Origin: an uncultured Erysipelotrichaceae bacterium
GTDB lineage: Bacteria > Bacillota_I > Bacilli_A > RFN20 > CAG-826
Assembly: GCA_902777015.1 (NCBI GenBank)
Contig: CACYSA010000006.1
Span: forward strand, 33,502-97,501
Length of the DNA: 64,000 nt
Direction of reading: 5' to 3'
Below, piece after piece: positions 20,872 through 30,711 of the stretch (positions within the stretch are counted from its first letter, which is position 1; each line of letters begins with the position of its first letter). The position numbers and the translations under genes are program-made. The notes beneath the pieces are model-generated. The model was not told the DNA's origin and did no database searches. It saw only the letters and a list, made by a program, of their open reading frames with translations.

Positions 20872-21573
20872 CTAAAGAAAGAATAAAGAGAAGGCGATTA
20901 TATACTGCGCCATATAATATGTGACCGAATTAGAAATAAGATCAACTGGTCTTTCTTTTCCTTGACCAAAATATGTGCCACTTAAGATTAAATCAGAAAT
21001 AGCAAACAAAACCGCACCAGCGAATAACATATTAAATGAAGCAACTTGGAAACCATTATAAATACATAAGAACAATGTTGTGCCTAATGTAGTGAATAAT
21101 AACGAACCATAAATAAAGCAAATAAGTTTATATTCACGGTATTTCATCTTTAATGGTCTTTCCATCACTAAGACAATAGCCCCACAGAATAAGCCAAACA
21201 ATATTGGTCCTGCGAAGGCAAACCATGGATAGTTATTATATAAAGTGGTCATCATACCAACGATATATAAGACATGACCGAGAGCGAAAGAAATGAATCC
21301 AGAGAAAGTAAACATTCTATCGCGCTCTTTAAAAACATATTTAAGTTCTAACCAGATATCCCCTAGCATACCTAACGCTAAAGCGCAGATGACAAATCCA
21401 CCAAAAGGATGATTACCGTTTTGATAATTAGAATAAGCCGCTAAAGCGATAAATATAAAAGATGTGAATGATTTAATGAGTGCTTCTCTAAGAGAATAGC
21501 CTCTAACCTTTTCGATAAGAAAAAGAGTTAAACATAAGGCACCAAAAACTAATAAGATAATACAAATTGCCAT
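20872..21573 (-). CDS. Polytopic membrane protein (YhhN/lysoplasmalogenase-like?)
   Basis: Eight TM helices in about 233 aa. The family assignment is weak. Confidence 0.3.
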   Translation of the reverse strand: MAICIILLVFGALCLTLFLIEKVRGYSLREALIKSFTSFIFIALAAYSNYQNGNHPFGGFVICALALGMLGDIWLELKYVFKERDRMFTFSGFISFALGHVLYIVGMMTTLYNNYPWFAFAGPILFGLFCGAIVLVMERPLKMKYREYKLICFIYGSLLFTTLGTTLFLCIYNGFQVASFNMLFAGAVLFAISDLILSGTYFGQGKERPVDLISNSVTYYMAQYIIAFSLFFL

Positions 21574-21574
21574 A

Positions 21575-22981
21575 TTATTTTAAAAACCTTCCTAACGTTT
21601 TCTTTTTCTTTTGATTATATGGATGCTCTCTTAGTGAGAGATTAAATCTAGTGGAACCATATAGGACTGTAGAAGGATGAGTGAATTCTCTAAATCCCCA
21701 AATGCCGTGATATGCCCCCATACCTGAATGACCTGTACCATTAAATGGCACACCTTTAACCATTAGGTGGAGACATACTTCATTAACACATCCACCACCA
21801 TATTGCTGTGTGGCCATGACACGTTTTGCCCATTTCTTATTTTTAGTAAAGATATAGAAAGCCAAACCATGTTCTCTTCTAGCAATAGTATCTAATAATT
21901 GATCTATTTCATTATCTTTATATGGAACGATTGGTAAAAGTGGTCCAAATATTTCATGATTAACAATTGGTTCATCGATGTTTACTGGATAAATAATTGT
22001 TGTGGAATATTTGCATGTATTCTCATCACCTTCACCACCGAAAAGTATTCGATCTTTGTATTGTTCTGCTTCTTGCTTGATACCATCAAACGCTCTTCTA
22101 TTGATGAGTTTTGGATATTCTTCATTAAGATATGGCTTTTCACCAATTTGACGGATGATTTCTTTTTTTAATTCATTAATGAATTGTTCCGCAATAGATT
22201 CTTCCACTGCTACTTGGTTAATGTTGATACATACTTGTCCGGAATTGCATATTTTAAAGAAGGCTATCTTTCTAGCGGCATCTTTTAAGTCTGCATCTTT
22301 TCTAATGATGCACCAGTTACCAGTTTCCCCACCTAATTCCAAAGTCACTGGTGTGAGGCTTTTACTAGCCATTTCCATGACGTGTTTAGCGACATTTGGT
22401 GAACCTGTATAAAAGATTTTATCCACTCTTTCTTCTAAACAATAATCAGCAACATCATGACCACCATCAATGACAGTAATATATTTTTCATCAAAATAGC
22501 GGGAGATGATATCCTTTATTGCCGCTGTTGTAGAAGCGGATTTACTACTGGCTTTAATAATTGCAGTGTTACCACCCGCAATGGAAGCAGCAAGCACACC
22601 TAATGATAATAAAACTGGGAAATTAAAAGGAGCGATGATTAAAGAAACGCCATATGGTAACTTATATACTCTAGTAATTAAGCTTGGAAAACAGGCTAAA
22701 CCTGAGAAATGTTTTTCTGGTTTGGACCATTTCTTTAAGCCTTTGATATATTCATTAATCTCCATGATGACATCACCGATGTCACAGAAATAGGCTTCTA
22801 CTTCACATCTTCCTAAATCTTCATGGAGGGCATTGATTAATTGATCTTGGTTTTCTAATATTGCTCTTTTTAATGTTTTGAGCTGTTCTTTTCTAAACTT
22901 AACGCTTAATGTTTCGTTAGTTAAAAAGTATTCTCTTTGTTTAAGAACAATATTGTGGATTTCTTCTTTACTAAAAGACAT
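21575..22981 (-). CDS. NAD(P)-dependent aldehyde dehydrogenase (class 3-like)
   Basis: ELGG and GSPNVAKHV blocks, catalytic Cys region CNSGQVC. The start was moved to MSFSKEEI, which has an AAAGGAG RBS. Confidence 0.7.
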   Translation of the reverse strand: MSFSKEEIHNIVLKQREYFLTNETLSVKFRKEQLKTLKRAILENQDQLINALHEDLGRCEVEAYFCDIGDVIMEINEYIKGLKKWSKPEKHFSGLACFPSLITRVYKLPYGVSLIIAPFNFPVLLSLGVLAASIAGGNTAIIKASSKSASTTAAIKDIISRYFDEKYITVIDGGHDVADYCLEERVDKIFYTGSPNVAKHVMEMASKSLTPVTLELGGETGNWCIIRKDADLKDAARKIAFFKICNSGQVCININQVAVEESIAEQFINELKKEIIRQIGEKPYLNEEYPKLINRRAFDGIKQEAEQYKDRILFGGEGDENTCKYSTTIIYPVNIDEPIVNHEIFGPLLPIVPYKDNEIDQLLDTIARREHGLAFYIFTKNKKWAKRVMATQQYGGGCVNEVCLHLMVKGVPFNGTGHSGMGAYHGIWGFREFTHPSTVLYGSTRFNLSLREHPYNQKKKKTLGRFLK

Positions 22982-23177
22982 AAAAACACTCCTTTTATTA
23001 TTTTGAGTAATTGTTATATGTGTTTCTTGTAATTTTAGTTTAGCATATATACGCACATGAAAAAACAAAAATATTTGTTGTTAAATAATGATGAAAGTTA
23101 AGCATTAATCGATATTTATGGCTATCTTGTTTCTAATTAATGTTATAATATAGACGATTAGAAAGGACATCTCCCTT

Positions 23178-23345
23178 ATGCCTATACTAAATACAATGGG
23201 GTTAGAATTAATCTTTTATATCCCAATCTTCTTCTTACCAATATTTATACTCTTTCTTGTCACTGTAATATGTCTTCCAATATTGATTCCTAACATTGTC
23301 AAAGTTGTTAAATATAACAATAGACACAAGAAAGCGAGACGATAA
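23178..23345 (+). CDS. Small hydrophobic membrane peptide (not in ORF track)
   Basis: ATG at 23178 reads MPILNTMGLELIFYIPIFFLPIFILFLVTVICLP..., about 55 aa. It is coupled to the next small ORF. Confidence 0.25.
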   Translation: MPILNTMGLELIFYIPIFFLPIFILFLVTVICLPILIPNIVKVVKYNNRHKKARR

Positions 23346-23347
23346 TT

Positions 23348-23530
23348 ATGAATGTATTTGATTTACTTATTATTGTTGCATTTTTTTCAATTATTTTTTC
23401 TATCGCTTTAATCGTTGTCACATGTGTTTTCTCTTCTAAAGCTCGTAAGATTGAAAAGCTCGAAGAAGAGGAAAGAATCGCTAAGAAAAAAGAAGAAGAA
23501 CTTATTTTACAAAATAAAATATCAGATTAA
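23348..23530 (+). CDS. Small membrane/coiled-coil protein
   Basis: One TM helix, then a charged KKEEEL segment. Confidence 0.3.
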   Translation: MNVFDLLIIVAFFSIIFSIALIVVTCVFSSKARKIEKLEEEERIAKKKEEELILQNKISD

Positions 23531-23861
23531 GTATTAGTGTTCCTAATATCGCACTTATCGTATTAGCGATTAAACTATATAGAAGGTTTTTACGGTCTTT
23601 CTTAATTAATTGATATAAGAAGGCTTCAATAAACACTATCGCTATTTCTAAACCAACAATACTTAGCCAAAACAAGATGTCCGTTTGTGGCATCTTTTTT
23701 AAAACGTATGTCACAAAAATATTAAAACTAACGTTACTAACTACATTAATTGGAATAGATAACCATAGTCTTTTATCTCTTATTCCAGCGATAAAGAAAA
23801 CGAGCCATTCTAAGATGACTGTAATAATGACACTAACAATAATAATGGCTACATCACGCAT
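23502..23861 (-). CDS. Small membrane protein
   Basis: Four TM helices. Confidence 0.35.
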   Translation of the reverse strand: MRDVAIIIVSVIITVILEWLVFFIAGIRDKRLWLSIPINVVSNVSFNIFVTYVLKKMPQTDILFWLSIVGLEIAIVFIEAFLYQLIKKDRKNLLYSLIANTISAILGTLILNLIFYFVK

Positions 23862-23955
23862 AACTAATCTATATTATACAATTTCACAATATAAGAAAGA
23901 TAACTACAAAATATTTTGCAATTACGCTGTTGCGTTATTTCTCTTAGTTTAATTA

Positions 23956-25599
23956 TTAATTTTTGTTTTTGCGTTTTCTTTCACGCTTATTTGAATACAT
24001 TAAGTGATCAGCGTGGACCAAAACATCTTCAGCGTAAATATCGATTTCTTTATCATATGCCGCTATGCCAAGAGAAACTGCAACTTTTTCATAGCCTTCT
24101 TTAGCAAAGCTAGACATCTCTTTACACTGTTTATAGAACTGATCTTTTAGTTCTTCTCTATTTTTATAATCTTCATCAAACAAGATGGCGACAAATTCAT
24201 CTCCACCAATACGATAGATATCACTATGAGAGAACACTTTACTCATTAATACACTAGCCTTTTTAAGATAGACATTACCTTTATCATGTCCGTATTTATC
24301 GTTAATCTTCTTTAAACCATCACAGTCAAACATCGCAATAGCAAATTCCACTTCTTCTTTGTTATTGATACGTCTTTGTATTTCTTCGATAGCGCGATCA
24401 AATGAGCTCTTGTTTTTAACTGAAGTTAAAGCGTCAGAATAGGCAAGATTATTTAAGTTTCCGATGTAGGAACCTAAATTATCTATTAATTGTGACATTG
24501 TTTTTGTTAATACACCAATCTCATCATTACGGTCGTTCTTAAGTTCAACTTGGTAATTGCCTTTATTGATTTCTTCTGCGGCGAGAGTTAACTCTTTTAA
24601 TGGTCTAGTAAATCTTCTAGTAAGAATGATTGTTAAAACCGCAATTACAATGATAATCGCTAAAGCGGCAATAATAATTTGCCAGACAATTAACTGCCAA
24701 GTATTATTTATTTCCGCTGTTGGAACACAGACAACGATGCTCATATTATTAGAAAGATCAAGCCAATGTGCGTGTTTATTGACACCTTGGAAAGTATAAG
24801 CTAGGTGTTGTTTGCCACTAGAAAAGTCTCTATAGAATCCATCAGGGATGCTTGGTCTTTCTTCTGCTGGCATGCTCAAGATATCGATGTATGGGTGATA
24901 AATGATACTTCCATCTGAATCTTCGATGATATATGCAAACCCTGATTTTAAAACTTTGATGTCGTCAATTTGTTCACCTAATGTGTGATAGCTAATTTCA
25001 ATTCCCACTACGCCGATAAAAGTGCTATGACGGTAAACAGGGATATTATAAGAAATAACAATCGCATCTAGACTGTCAGTAATGTATGGTGAAAGCCAAA
25101 CTGGTTGGCCAGTACTTTTAGGGGTATAGAACCAAACGCATTCATTGTGATCATCACTAATGTCAGTGACTTCGTGTTCTACGAAGCCTTTACCATCAAG
25201 GTTAGTGAACCAGAAACCTTTTTCGTTTGTGGTTTCACTAATCGAAGGATCGATACGATAGTAATAAGTTAAGACACCATTCGTGTTTTCGCTCGCCTCA
25301 CCGAAGAATAATTTTGCGTCTTCCATGTGCTTAGAAAAACCAGTGTTAAAATTGCTATCATCAATTTCATCAAGCTTTCTATCGATGAGTGTTGAAACAG
25401 TGTTAACTGATTGTTCAACACTCTTTAAATAATAGTTAATATTATTCTTACCAGTTTCACAAAGTAACGCTAATGATTGTTCGACACTTCGATGACCAAA
25501 ATTTGCGACATAGACAGAACTAATAAAAGCAGTAACAAAAATCGCAATAATAATTGAGATAATATTTAACAATGTTATCTTTGTTCTAATGGAATGCAT
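23956..25599 (-). CDS. Sensor diguanylate cyclase (extracytoplasmic sensor, HAMP, GGDEF)
   Basis: N-terminal TM helix, about 270-aa extracellular domain, second TM, then GGDEF domain with RIGGDEF. Confidence 0.75.
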   Translation of the reverse strand: MHSIRTKITLLNIISIIIAIFVTAFISSVYVANFGHRSVEQSLALLCETGKNNINYYLKSVEQSVNTVSTLIDRKLDEIDDSNFNTGFSKHMEDAKLFFGEASENTNGVLTYYYRIDPSISETTNEKGFWFTNLDGKGFVEHEVTDISDDHNECVWFYTPKSTGQPVWLSPYITDSLDAIVISYNIPVYRHSTFIGVVGIEISYHTLGEQIDDIKVLKSGFAYIIEDSDGSIIYHPYIDILSMPAEERPSIPDGFYRDFSSGKQHLAYTFQGVNKHAHWLDLSNNMSIVVCVPTAEINNTWQLIVWQIIIAALAIIIVIAVLTIILTRRFTRPLKELTLAAEEINKGNYQVELKNDRNDEIGVLTKTMSQLIDNLGSYIGNLNNLAYSDALTSVKNKSSFDRAIEEIQRRINNKEEVEFAIAMFDCDGLKKINDKYGHDKGNVYLKKASVLMSKVFSHSDIYRIGGDEFVAILFDEDYKNREELKDQFYKQCKEMSSFAKEGYEKVAVSLGIAAYDKEIDIYAEDVLVHADHLMYSNKRERKRKNKN

Positions 25600-25883
25600 A
25601 AAGAAAAATGTGCTCCCAAATTTATATTCATTATAACAATAAATGAGGTTATGTACTAAGCTTGATTAGATTGAGCAAATCATAAAACAACACAGATATT
25701 GCGTTTTATAATGATATTTTCTAAATAAAAAACCCTTTTAGATTCAAGAACATTTTGTTCTTTGAGTCCAAATTTTTGGGGAATTTTCACTATTTTGCCA
25801 AAGGTAGTCAATTTTGATACAAATATTCCTCTACTTAGAGGACGATGTCCCTAGCAAGAAAACATGTCCCTGTGCATCGAAGT

Positions 25884-26081
25884 TTAATTTTTAACAATAA
25901 TTTTAACTATTTCATCTATTACTTCTGGATCTTCAACATCAACCAAAAGCATAGCTTTCGCTGTTGGATATGGTCCATCTTTATAAAGGATATATTCACC
26001 CATCATTTTTTTATATGAAATCCCTTTAACTTCACGAAGTAATTCTAAAACATATGTTAAATACTCTTTACTGCTTGCCAT
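25884..26081 (-). CDS. TfoX N-terminal-domain-like small protein
   Basis: KKMMGEYILYKDG resembles the TfoX_N block R.MFGGYGLY.DG. Confidence 0.35.
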   Translation of the reverse strand: MASSKEYLTYVLELLREVKGISYKKMMGEYILYKDGPYPTAKAMLLVDVEDPEVIDEIVKIIVKN

Positions 26082-26155
26082 ATATCAAGTTATCTTGTTT
26101 ATTTCCTTGCTTGTTATCTTACTTGTTAACAAATAAAAAGTGCCGAATTGTGTTA

Positions 26156-26434
26156 TTAAGAAAATATGTATTCTATTTCCGTTTTTGTTATTAAAACAGC
26201 ATCGGTATTGATTTTCTTTTTTAATTCTTGACTAAGCAAATTAACTTCTTGTTCATTGATACCGATAATGATGATTCTTAAACTAGTTTCTGTGGTAAAA
26301 CCTTTGTTATGTTTATATCCACCTAGTTGTGTGAGCAAAGAAAAGTTTATTTCTTTTTCTACGCATATTTCACGTAATATATCCTTAAAATCATCGACGT
26401 ATTTGATTCCTTTTTTAAATCCGTTATTACTCAT
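26156..26434 (-). CDS. Small hypothetical protein, paralog of the next gene
   Basis: Shares F.LL...GGY...G......IIG..E......LS..L with the adjacent 108-aa ORF. Confidence 0.4.
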   Translation of the reverse strand: MSNNGFKKGIKYVDDFKDILREICVEKEINFSLLTQLGGYKHNKGFTTETSLRIIIIGINEQEVNLLSQELKKKINTDAVLITKTEIEYIFS

Positions 26435-26438
26435 ATAT

Positions 26439-26765
26439 TTAAATTACCTTAACTTTTAAATCATTTTTAACAATTAATGATTTTTCTTGATTCATATACA
26501 TGGATAATGATTTGCTGAGCTTTAATATGTCTTCTTCTTTAGCGCCGATAATAGAAATACAGACACCATTTTCTATCGCATAATCCCCATCAGCGTATAA
26601 ATATCCGCCGCTAGATTTCAATAATGAAAAATCAACTTTTTTTCTTACGAAAAAGTTCGATATTAAATCGGTTAATTCATCACCATTGATGTATGCGCTT
26701 TTTATTTGAGGATCATCACATCCAACAAATATTTGATATTCTATACTTGGTTTCATTGATTCCAT
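26439..26765 (-). CDS. Small hypothetical protein, paralog of the previous gene
   Basis: Shares the same block and has a similar length. Confidence 0.4.
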   Translation of the reverse strand: MESMKPSIEYQIFVGCDDPQIKSAYINGDELTDLISNFFVRKKVDFSLLKSSGGYLYADGDYAIENGVCISIIGAKEEDILKLSKSLSMYMNQEKSLIVKNDLKVKVI

Positions 26766-26852
26766 TTTAAAACATAATGCAAATTAAATCTATAAAGCTA
26801 AGAAATTATCAATAAAAAAGTCTGAATTGTATCAGACATTTTATACTGTTAT

Positions 26853-27043
26853 TGTTCGAGACTCTTGGCGAGTGATTGCATAACCACCCATGTCCACCAG
26901 GTCTCATTCAGTTAGGCTCTCTTGCATATACTGGTTTTTTATAAATAAAAAGAGCCTCTGTTACAAGGCTTCTCTTTATGCGTTAACCCCTATTCAGTTC
27001 AGGACAAGGAGATGTAATCACTCGCAAGACTCTAGAACTAAAC
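26853..27043. repeat. About 190 bp element bounded by about 33 bp imperfect terminal inverted repeats, immediately downstream of tRNA-Trp
   Basis: ACTGTTATTGTTCGAGACTCTTGGCGAGTGATT at 26853 pairs with AATCACTCGCAAGACTCTAGAACTAAACAGT at about 27013-27043 (3 mismatches, 1 bulge). An internal hairpin plus T-run sits on the minus strand. Confidence 0.45.
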
Positions 27044-27060
27044 AGTTACATATACGATGA

Positions 27061-27134
27061 TGGCAGGGGTGACAAGAATCGAACTCGCATCAGCGGTTTT
27101 GGAGACCGTTGCACTGCCATTGTGCTACACCCCT
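27061..27134 (-). tRNA. tRNA-Trp (anticodon CCA)
   Basis: AGGGGTG acceptor, anticodon loop CTCCAAA, T-loop GAGTTCGATTC and CCA. Confidence 0.85.
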
Positions 27135-27211
27135 ATATTTGCGCTTTGATATTATTACATAAATAAAAAGAATAATCATCAAAAAAGTTAATTATCTACA
27201 TAGCACAGTAA

Positions 27212-28417
27212 TTAGAAGTCTTCCAAGACACATTCGACAAATAAAGAAGCGAGAAGAGGATCGAACTGGCTACCACTACCTTCTTTAATTATTTCAATGG
27301 CTTTCTCTTTTGAGTAAGCTTTCTTGTAAACACGATCAGAAATTAAAGCGTCGTAGACATCCGCTAAAGCCATTATTCTAGCTTCTAAAGGTATTTCCTC
27401 ACCCTTTAATCTATCAGGATAGCCAGTGCCGTCCCATCTTTCATGATGATGTCTAGCAATATTATATGCCACATCAGCGTAATCTTTATTTTCAAGACTA
27501 TAAATTGTTTTCTTAACTATGTTAGCGCCATAGATTGAATGGTTTTTAATGATTTCATATTCATCATTTGTTAATCTTGCCGGCTTATTTAAAACGATGT
27601 CTGGTATTTTGATTTTGCCGATATCGTGTAGAGGGGCTGCTAAAACGACATTGCGGAAATAGTCATCACTGATACGAGAAAACTTATCAAGCTTTTTCAT
27701 CTTACCGATTAAGCGATAAACATAGTCTCCGGAACGAACAATATGCCCACCTGTGTTTTCATCTCTTTCTTCGACGACTGTCGCTAAAGCCGTAATGACT
27801 CCACGTTGAATAAGTTCTACTTTAACACTAGCGTTAATTTCTCTAATATTTCTCACGCAAATAAAACCATATAAGACCGCACCCATGAGTGTGAATGTTC
27901 CAATGTTCATCACGTCTAATCTGAATGCAGAAGGAGCTTTATAAAAATAAGAAACAAGAAGATACGAGACACAAATTGCTAGCATAAAGAAATACATTCT
28001 TAATGGTCGATCGTCAATGGTTAAAGGTAAAAGTGAGACGAATACTACAACACTGGTAGCGGGTATTTCAAAATTGCTTGTTTGGACGCTTAGGATAATA
28101 GCGTATGAACATAGTAAGAGCATTTGTGCATAGCACAATATCATGTTAGGAATAATAACGTCTTCTTTAAATATCTTAATTATGGCAAAAACAAAAATAA
28201 GCGAACTGCCAATAAATAAGATGAGATACGGAAGCCAAGTATCGCCTTTAGTAATAATTGTGTACAAAAAGAACAAGAAGCCCATTACTGAGGCAATAGT
28301 AGATGTAATGCGTAATATCCTTCTATTTCTTTTCCAAACTAAATGCTGAATATTGTGAAATTCGTCATTACTAACACCACATGATAAAACAAAATTCTTG
28401 ATTTTAGAGTTTGCCAT
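27212..28417 (-). CDS. Membrane-anchored HD-GYP phosphodiesterase
   Basis: N-terminal polytopic domain, then HD-GYP with HHERWDGTGYP. Confidence 0.75.
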   Translation of the reverse strand: MANSKIKNFVLSCGVSNDEFHNIQHLVWKRNRRILRITSTIASVMGFLFFLYTIITKGDTWLPYLILFIGSSLIFVFAIIKIFKEDVIIPNMILCYAQMLLLCSYAIILSVQTSNFEIPATSVVVFVSLLPLTIDDRPLRMYFFMLAICVSYLLVSYFYKAPSAFRLDVMNIGTFTLMGAVLYGFICVRNIREINASVKVELIQRGVITALATVVEERDENTGGHIVRSGDYVYRLIGKMKKLDKFSRISDDYFRNVVLAAPLHDIGKIKIPDIVLNKPARLTNDEYEIIKNHSIYGANIVKKTIYSLENKDYADVAYNIARHHHERWDGTGYPDRLKGEEIPLEARIMALADVYDALISDRVYKKAYSKEKAIEIIKEGSGSQFDPLLASLFVECVLEDF

Positions 28418-28476
28418 AAATGATATTTATTGTCACACTCATTATCAATGATAGACAATCATTAGGCAATAAAAAG

Positions 28477-28938
28477 TTATAGACTTTTAGCGCTTATAAG
28501 TTTGTCACGAGAATATGATAAGACCATTTTGAAATATGGTTCATGATTAATGACTTTAGGTAAAAAGAGTTTATCGCCTTCCCACATTGGATAATTATAA
28601 ATATCCTTGATAGGTATCCATTTTAAGTCGCCTTCGTTGCATTCAATTAATGTACCAGAGAAATCAGTTATCTCATAGAGATACATCATCATTTTGAGAT
28701 TCTCATCGACGAACAAGACTTCACCTGCACACTCTAAAGAGTGCACATCTAGTCCTGTTTCTTCTTTGACTTCGCGTATCGCGCATTCATCAATGGTTTC
28801 ATTTGGTTCACGATGACCACCCACGCCTATCCATTTACCCTCATTGATATCGTTTTTCTTTTTGTTGCGAAATAAAAGAAGATAAGAATCGTCTTTCTTA
28901 AGGTAAATCATCGTGGTATCTATAACATCTTTATCCAT
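28477..28938 (-). CDS. NUDIX hydrolase (MutT-like)
   Basis: Nudix box GGHREPNETIDECAIREVKEETGL. Confidence 0.75.
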   Translation of the reverse strand: MDKDVIDTTMIYLKKDDSYLLLFRNKKKNDINEGKWIGVGGHREPNETIDECAIREVKEETGLDVHSLECAGEVLFVDENLKMMMYLYEITDFSGTLIECNEGDLKWIPIKDIYNYPMWEGDKLFLPKVINHEPYFKMVLSYSRDKLISAKSL

Positions 28939-28954
28939 AAATTAATAAACAGAT

Positions 28955-29039
28955 TGGTGTGGCCAAGAAGACTTGAACTTCCATGAGTTTCCTCACTGGC
29001 TTCTGAGACCAGCGCGTCTACCAATTCCGCCATGACCAC
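28955..29039 (-). tRNA. tRNA-Leu (anticodon CAG)
   Basis: Anticodon loop CTCAGAA, long variable arm and CCA. The overlapping ORFs 28920..29117 and 29042..29416 are artefacts. Confidence 0.85.
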
Positions 29040-29055
29040 AGGTGAAAGCATTATA

Positions 29056-30711
29056 TCACAGCAGTCCGCGTTTTTTATCTTCTTCTTCTTGTAATAAACG
29101 GAAATTAACTTTTCCAAGCATAGTTAAAGGTAATTCATCTCTAAATTCAATCTCTGTTGGAACTGACCATCTAATGAGATATTTACGACACGTGTCGAGT
29201 ATTTTTTCTTTCATTGCGGTTTCATCCACTACTTTAGCGACAACGAAAACCTTTAAAGAATGTTGTAATTTAGCGTCAGGAATACGGATAGCCGCACAAG
29301 CGGATACTTCAGGCATTGATTCAATTAATTGTTCGACTTCACTTGGGAAGACAGCAACGCCAGAGACTTTAACAACTCTCTTTTTACGTTGTTTAAAGAA
29401 GATGAAATCATCTTGATCCATATAGCCAAGGTCGCCTGTATATAAGTAACCATCTTTAATGCAATTCTTAGTGCCTTCTTCATCTTGATAATAACCAAGC
29501 ATAATAGCGCCACTTTTGAAGATGATTTCGCCTAATTCACCACGTGGTACTTCATTACCTTTTTCATCCACTATTTTAAATGTCGCTTCTGGCATGGCTT
29601 TACCTAATGAACCTTTTCTATTAGCGTCAAATGTATTAACGCAGTTAACCGCAATAGCTTCAGTTAAGCCATATCCTTGGAATAAGCGACAAATTGAGCC
29701 ACCATCAGACATCGCTTTATTAAATCTTTCTTCTAAGTCACTAGGCATAGAGTCACCACCACAGAAACAGCATCTGAGATATTTAAGATTTTTAGATTTA
29801 ACAAATGATGGTTCATTTAATAATTTTTCATAAATTGTTGGTACGCCACACATACATGTGAGTTTTGTATCATTCATCGCTTTCACTACCATCTTCGGTT
29901 TGAATTTAGGCACTAAGATTGAAGAAAATGAATTCACTAATGGAGCGTGCATTGTCATACACAAACCAAAACCATGAAAACTTGGTAAAACACTAAGCAT
30001 TTTATTGCCACGCATTTGTTCAGGTTTAAGCGCCATGAATGAATATGAATATTGCGCTATATAGTTAAAAGCGTAATCACTTAGACAAATTGTTTTTGGT
30101 TTACCAGTTGTGGAACCACTGTGTAATAACACAGAGCATCTCTTATTATCCACTGTTGCTACTGGTACATCTTTACCAGTTGGTTTTAATTGATAAGTAT
30201 ATTTAAAACCATCGAATTTAAAGTGCTTAGGCATTTTACCTAATTTACGACGGATTCTAAAGTTCATGAAATTGTGGTAGATGAATTTACTTAGAAGAGG
30301 TAAATCATCTTCAATACGAGTGACATATATACGGTCAGCGATTTCACGATATTGTTTAACTTCTTTAGCGATTCTTTGTTCGAATAAGAAAGCGTATTTA
30401 GTGTTAGTCTTATCCATGATTTGTTTCACTTGGTTAAATGGTGTGAATGGATGGATTAAGTTACTAGTTGCGCCGATCTTATTAATCGCATAGAAAAGCA
30501 CTATTGTTTCAGGGATATTTGGTTGAGCAATGACGATGACATCATTTTCTCTAATACCTAAACGATGATATAAAACATCCGCGGTCATATCGACGCGTTT
30601 TAATAATGATTTAAAAGAAATTCTTTTACCTTGATAATAAAGGGCCAAATCATGTGGTGCTTTATTAACGGCCTCCTTGAGAGCGCCATACATTGTTAAA
30701 TCTGTCATCAT
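29056..30711 (-). CDS. AMP-forming acyl-CoA synthetase / fatty-acid--CoA ligase
   Basis: AMP-binding motif LHSGSTTGKPK and C-terminal YTGDLGY. Confidence 0.75.
   Translation of the reverse strand: MMTDLTMYGALKEAVNKAPHDLALYYQGKRISFKSLLKRVDMTADVLYHRLGIRENDVIVIAQPNIPETIVLFYAINKIGATSNLIHPFTPFNQVKQIMDKTNTKYAFLFEQRIAKEVKQYREIADRIYVTRIEDDLPLLSKFIYHNFMNFRIRRKLGKMPKHFKFDGFKYTYQLKPTGKDVPVATVDNKRCSVLLHSGSTTGKPKTICLSDYAFNYIAQYSYSFMALKPEQMRGNKMLSVLPSFHGFGLCMTMHAPLVNSFSSILVPKFKPKMVVKAMNDTKLTCMCGVPTIYEKLLNEPSFVKSKNLKYLRCCFCGGDSMPSDLEERFNKAMSDGGSICRLFQGYGLTEAIAVNCVNTFDANRKGSLGKAMPEATFKIVDEKGNEVPRGELGEIIFKSGAIMLGYYQDEEGTKNCIKDGYLYTGDLGYMDQDDFIFFKQRKKRVVKVSGVAVFPSEVEQLIESMPEVSACAAIRIPDAKLQHSLKVFVVAKVVDETAMKEKILDTCRKYLIRWSVPTEIEFRDELPLTMLGKVNFRLLQEEEDKKRGLL

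Noticed and set aside
26853-27043. 6S RNA suggested by the long closing helix and ~190-nt length
   Set aside because: Interior strands do not pair along their length. The ATTCAGTT words are direct, not inverted. No central bubble or terminal loop pattern is seen.
28920-29416. ORFs 28920..29117 (-) and 29042..29416 (+)
   Set aside because: One overlaps tRNA-Leu and the other lies antisense inside the acyl-CoA synthetase gene, so both are ORF-finder artefacts.
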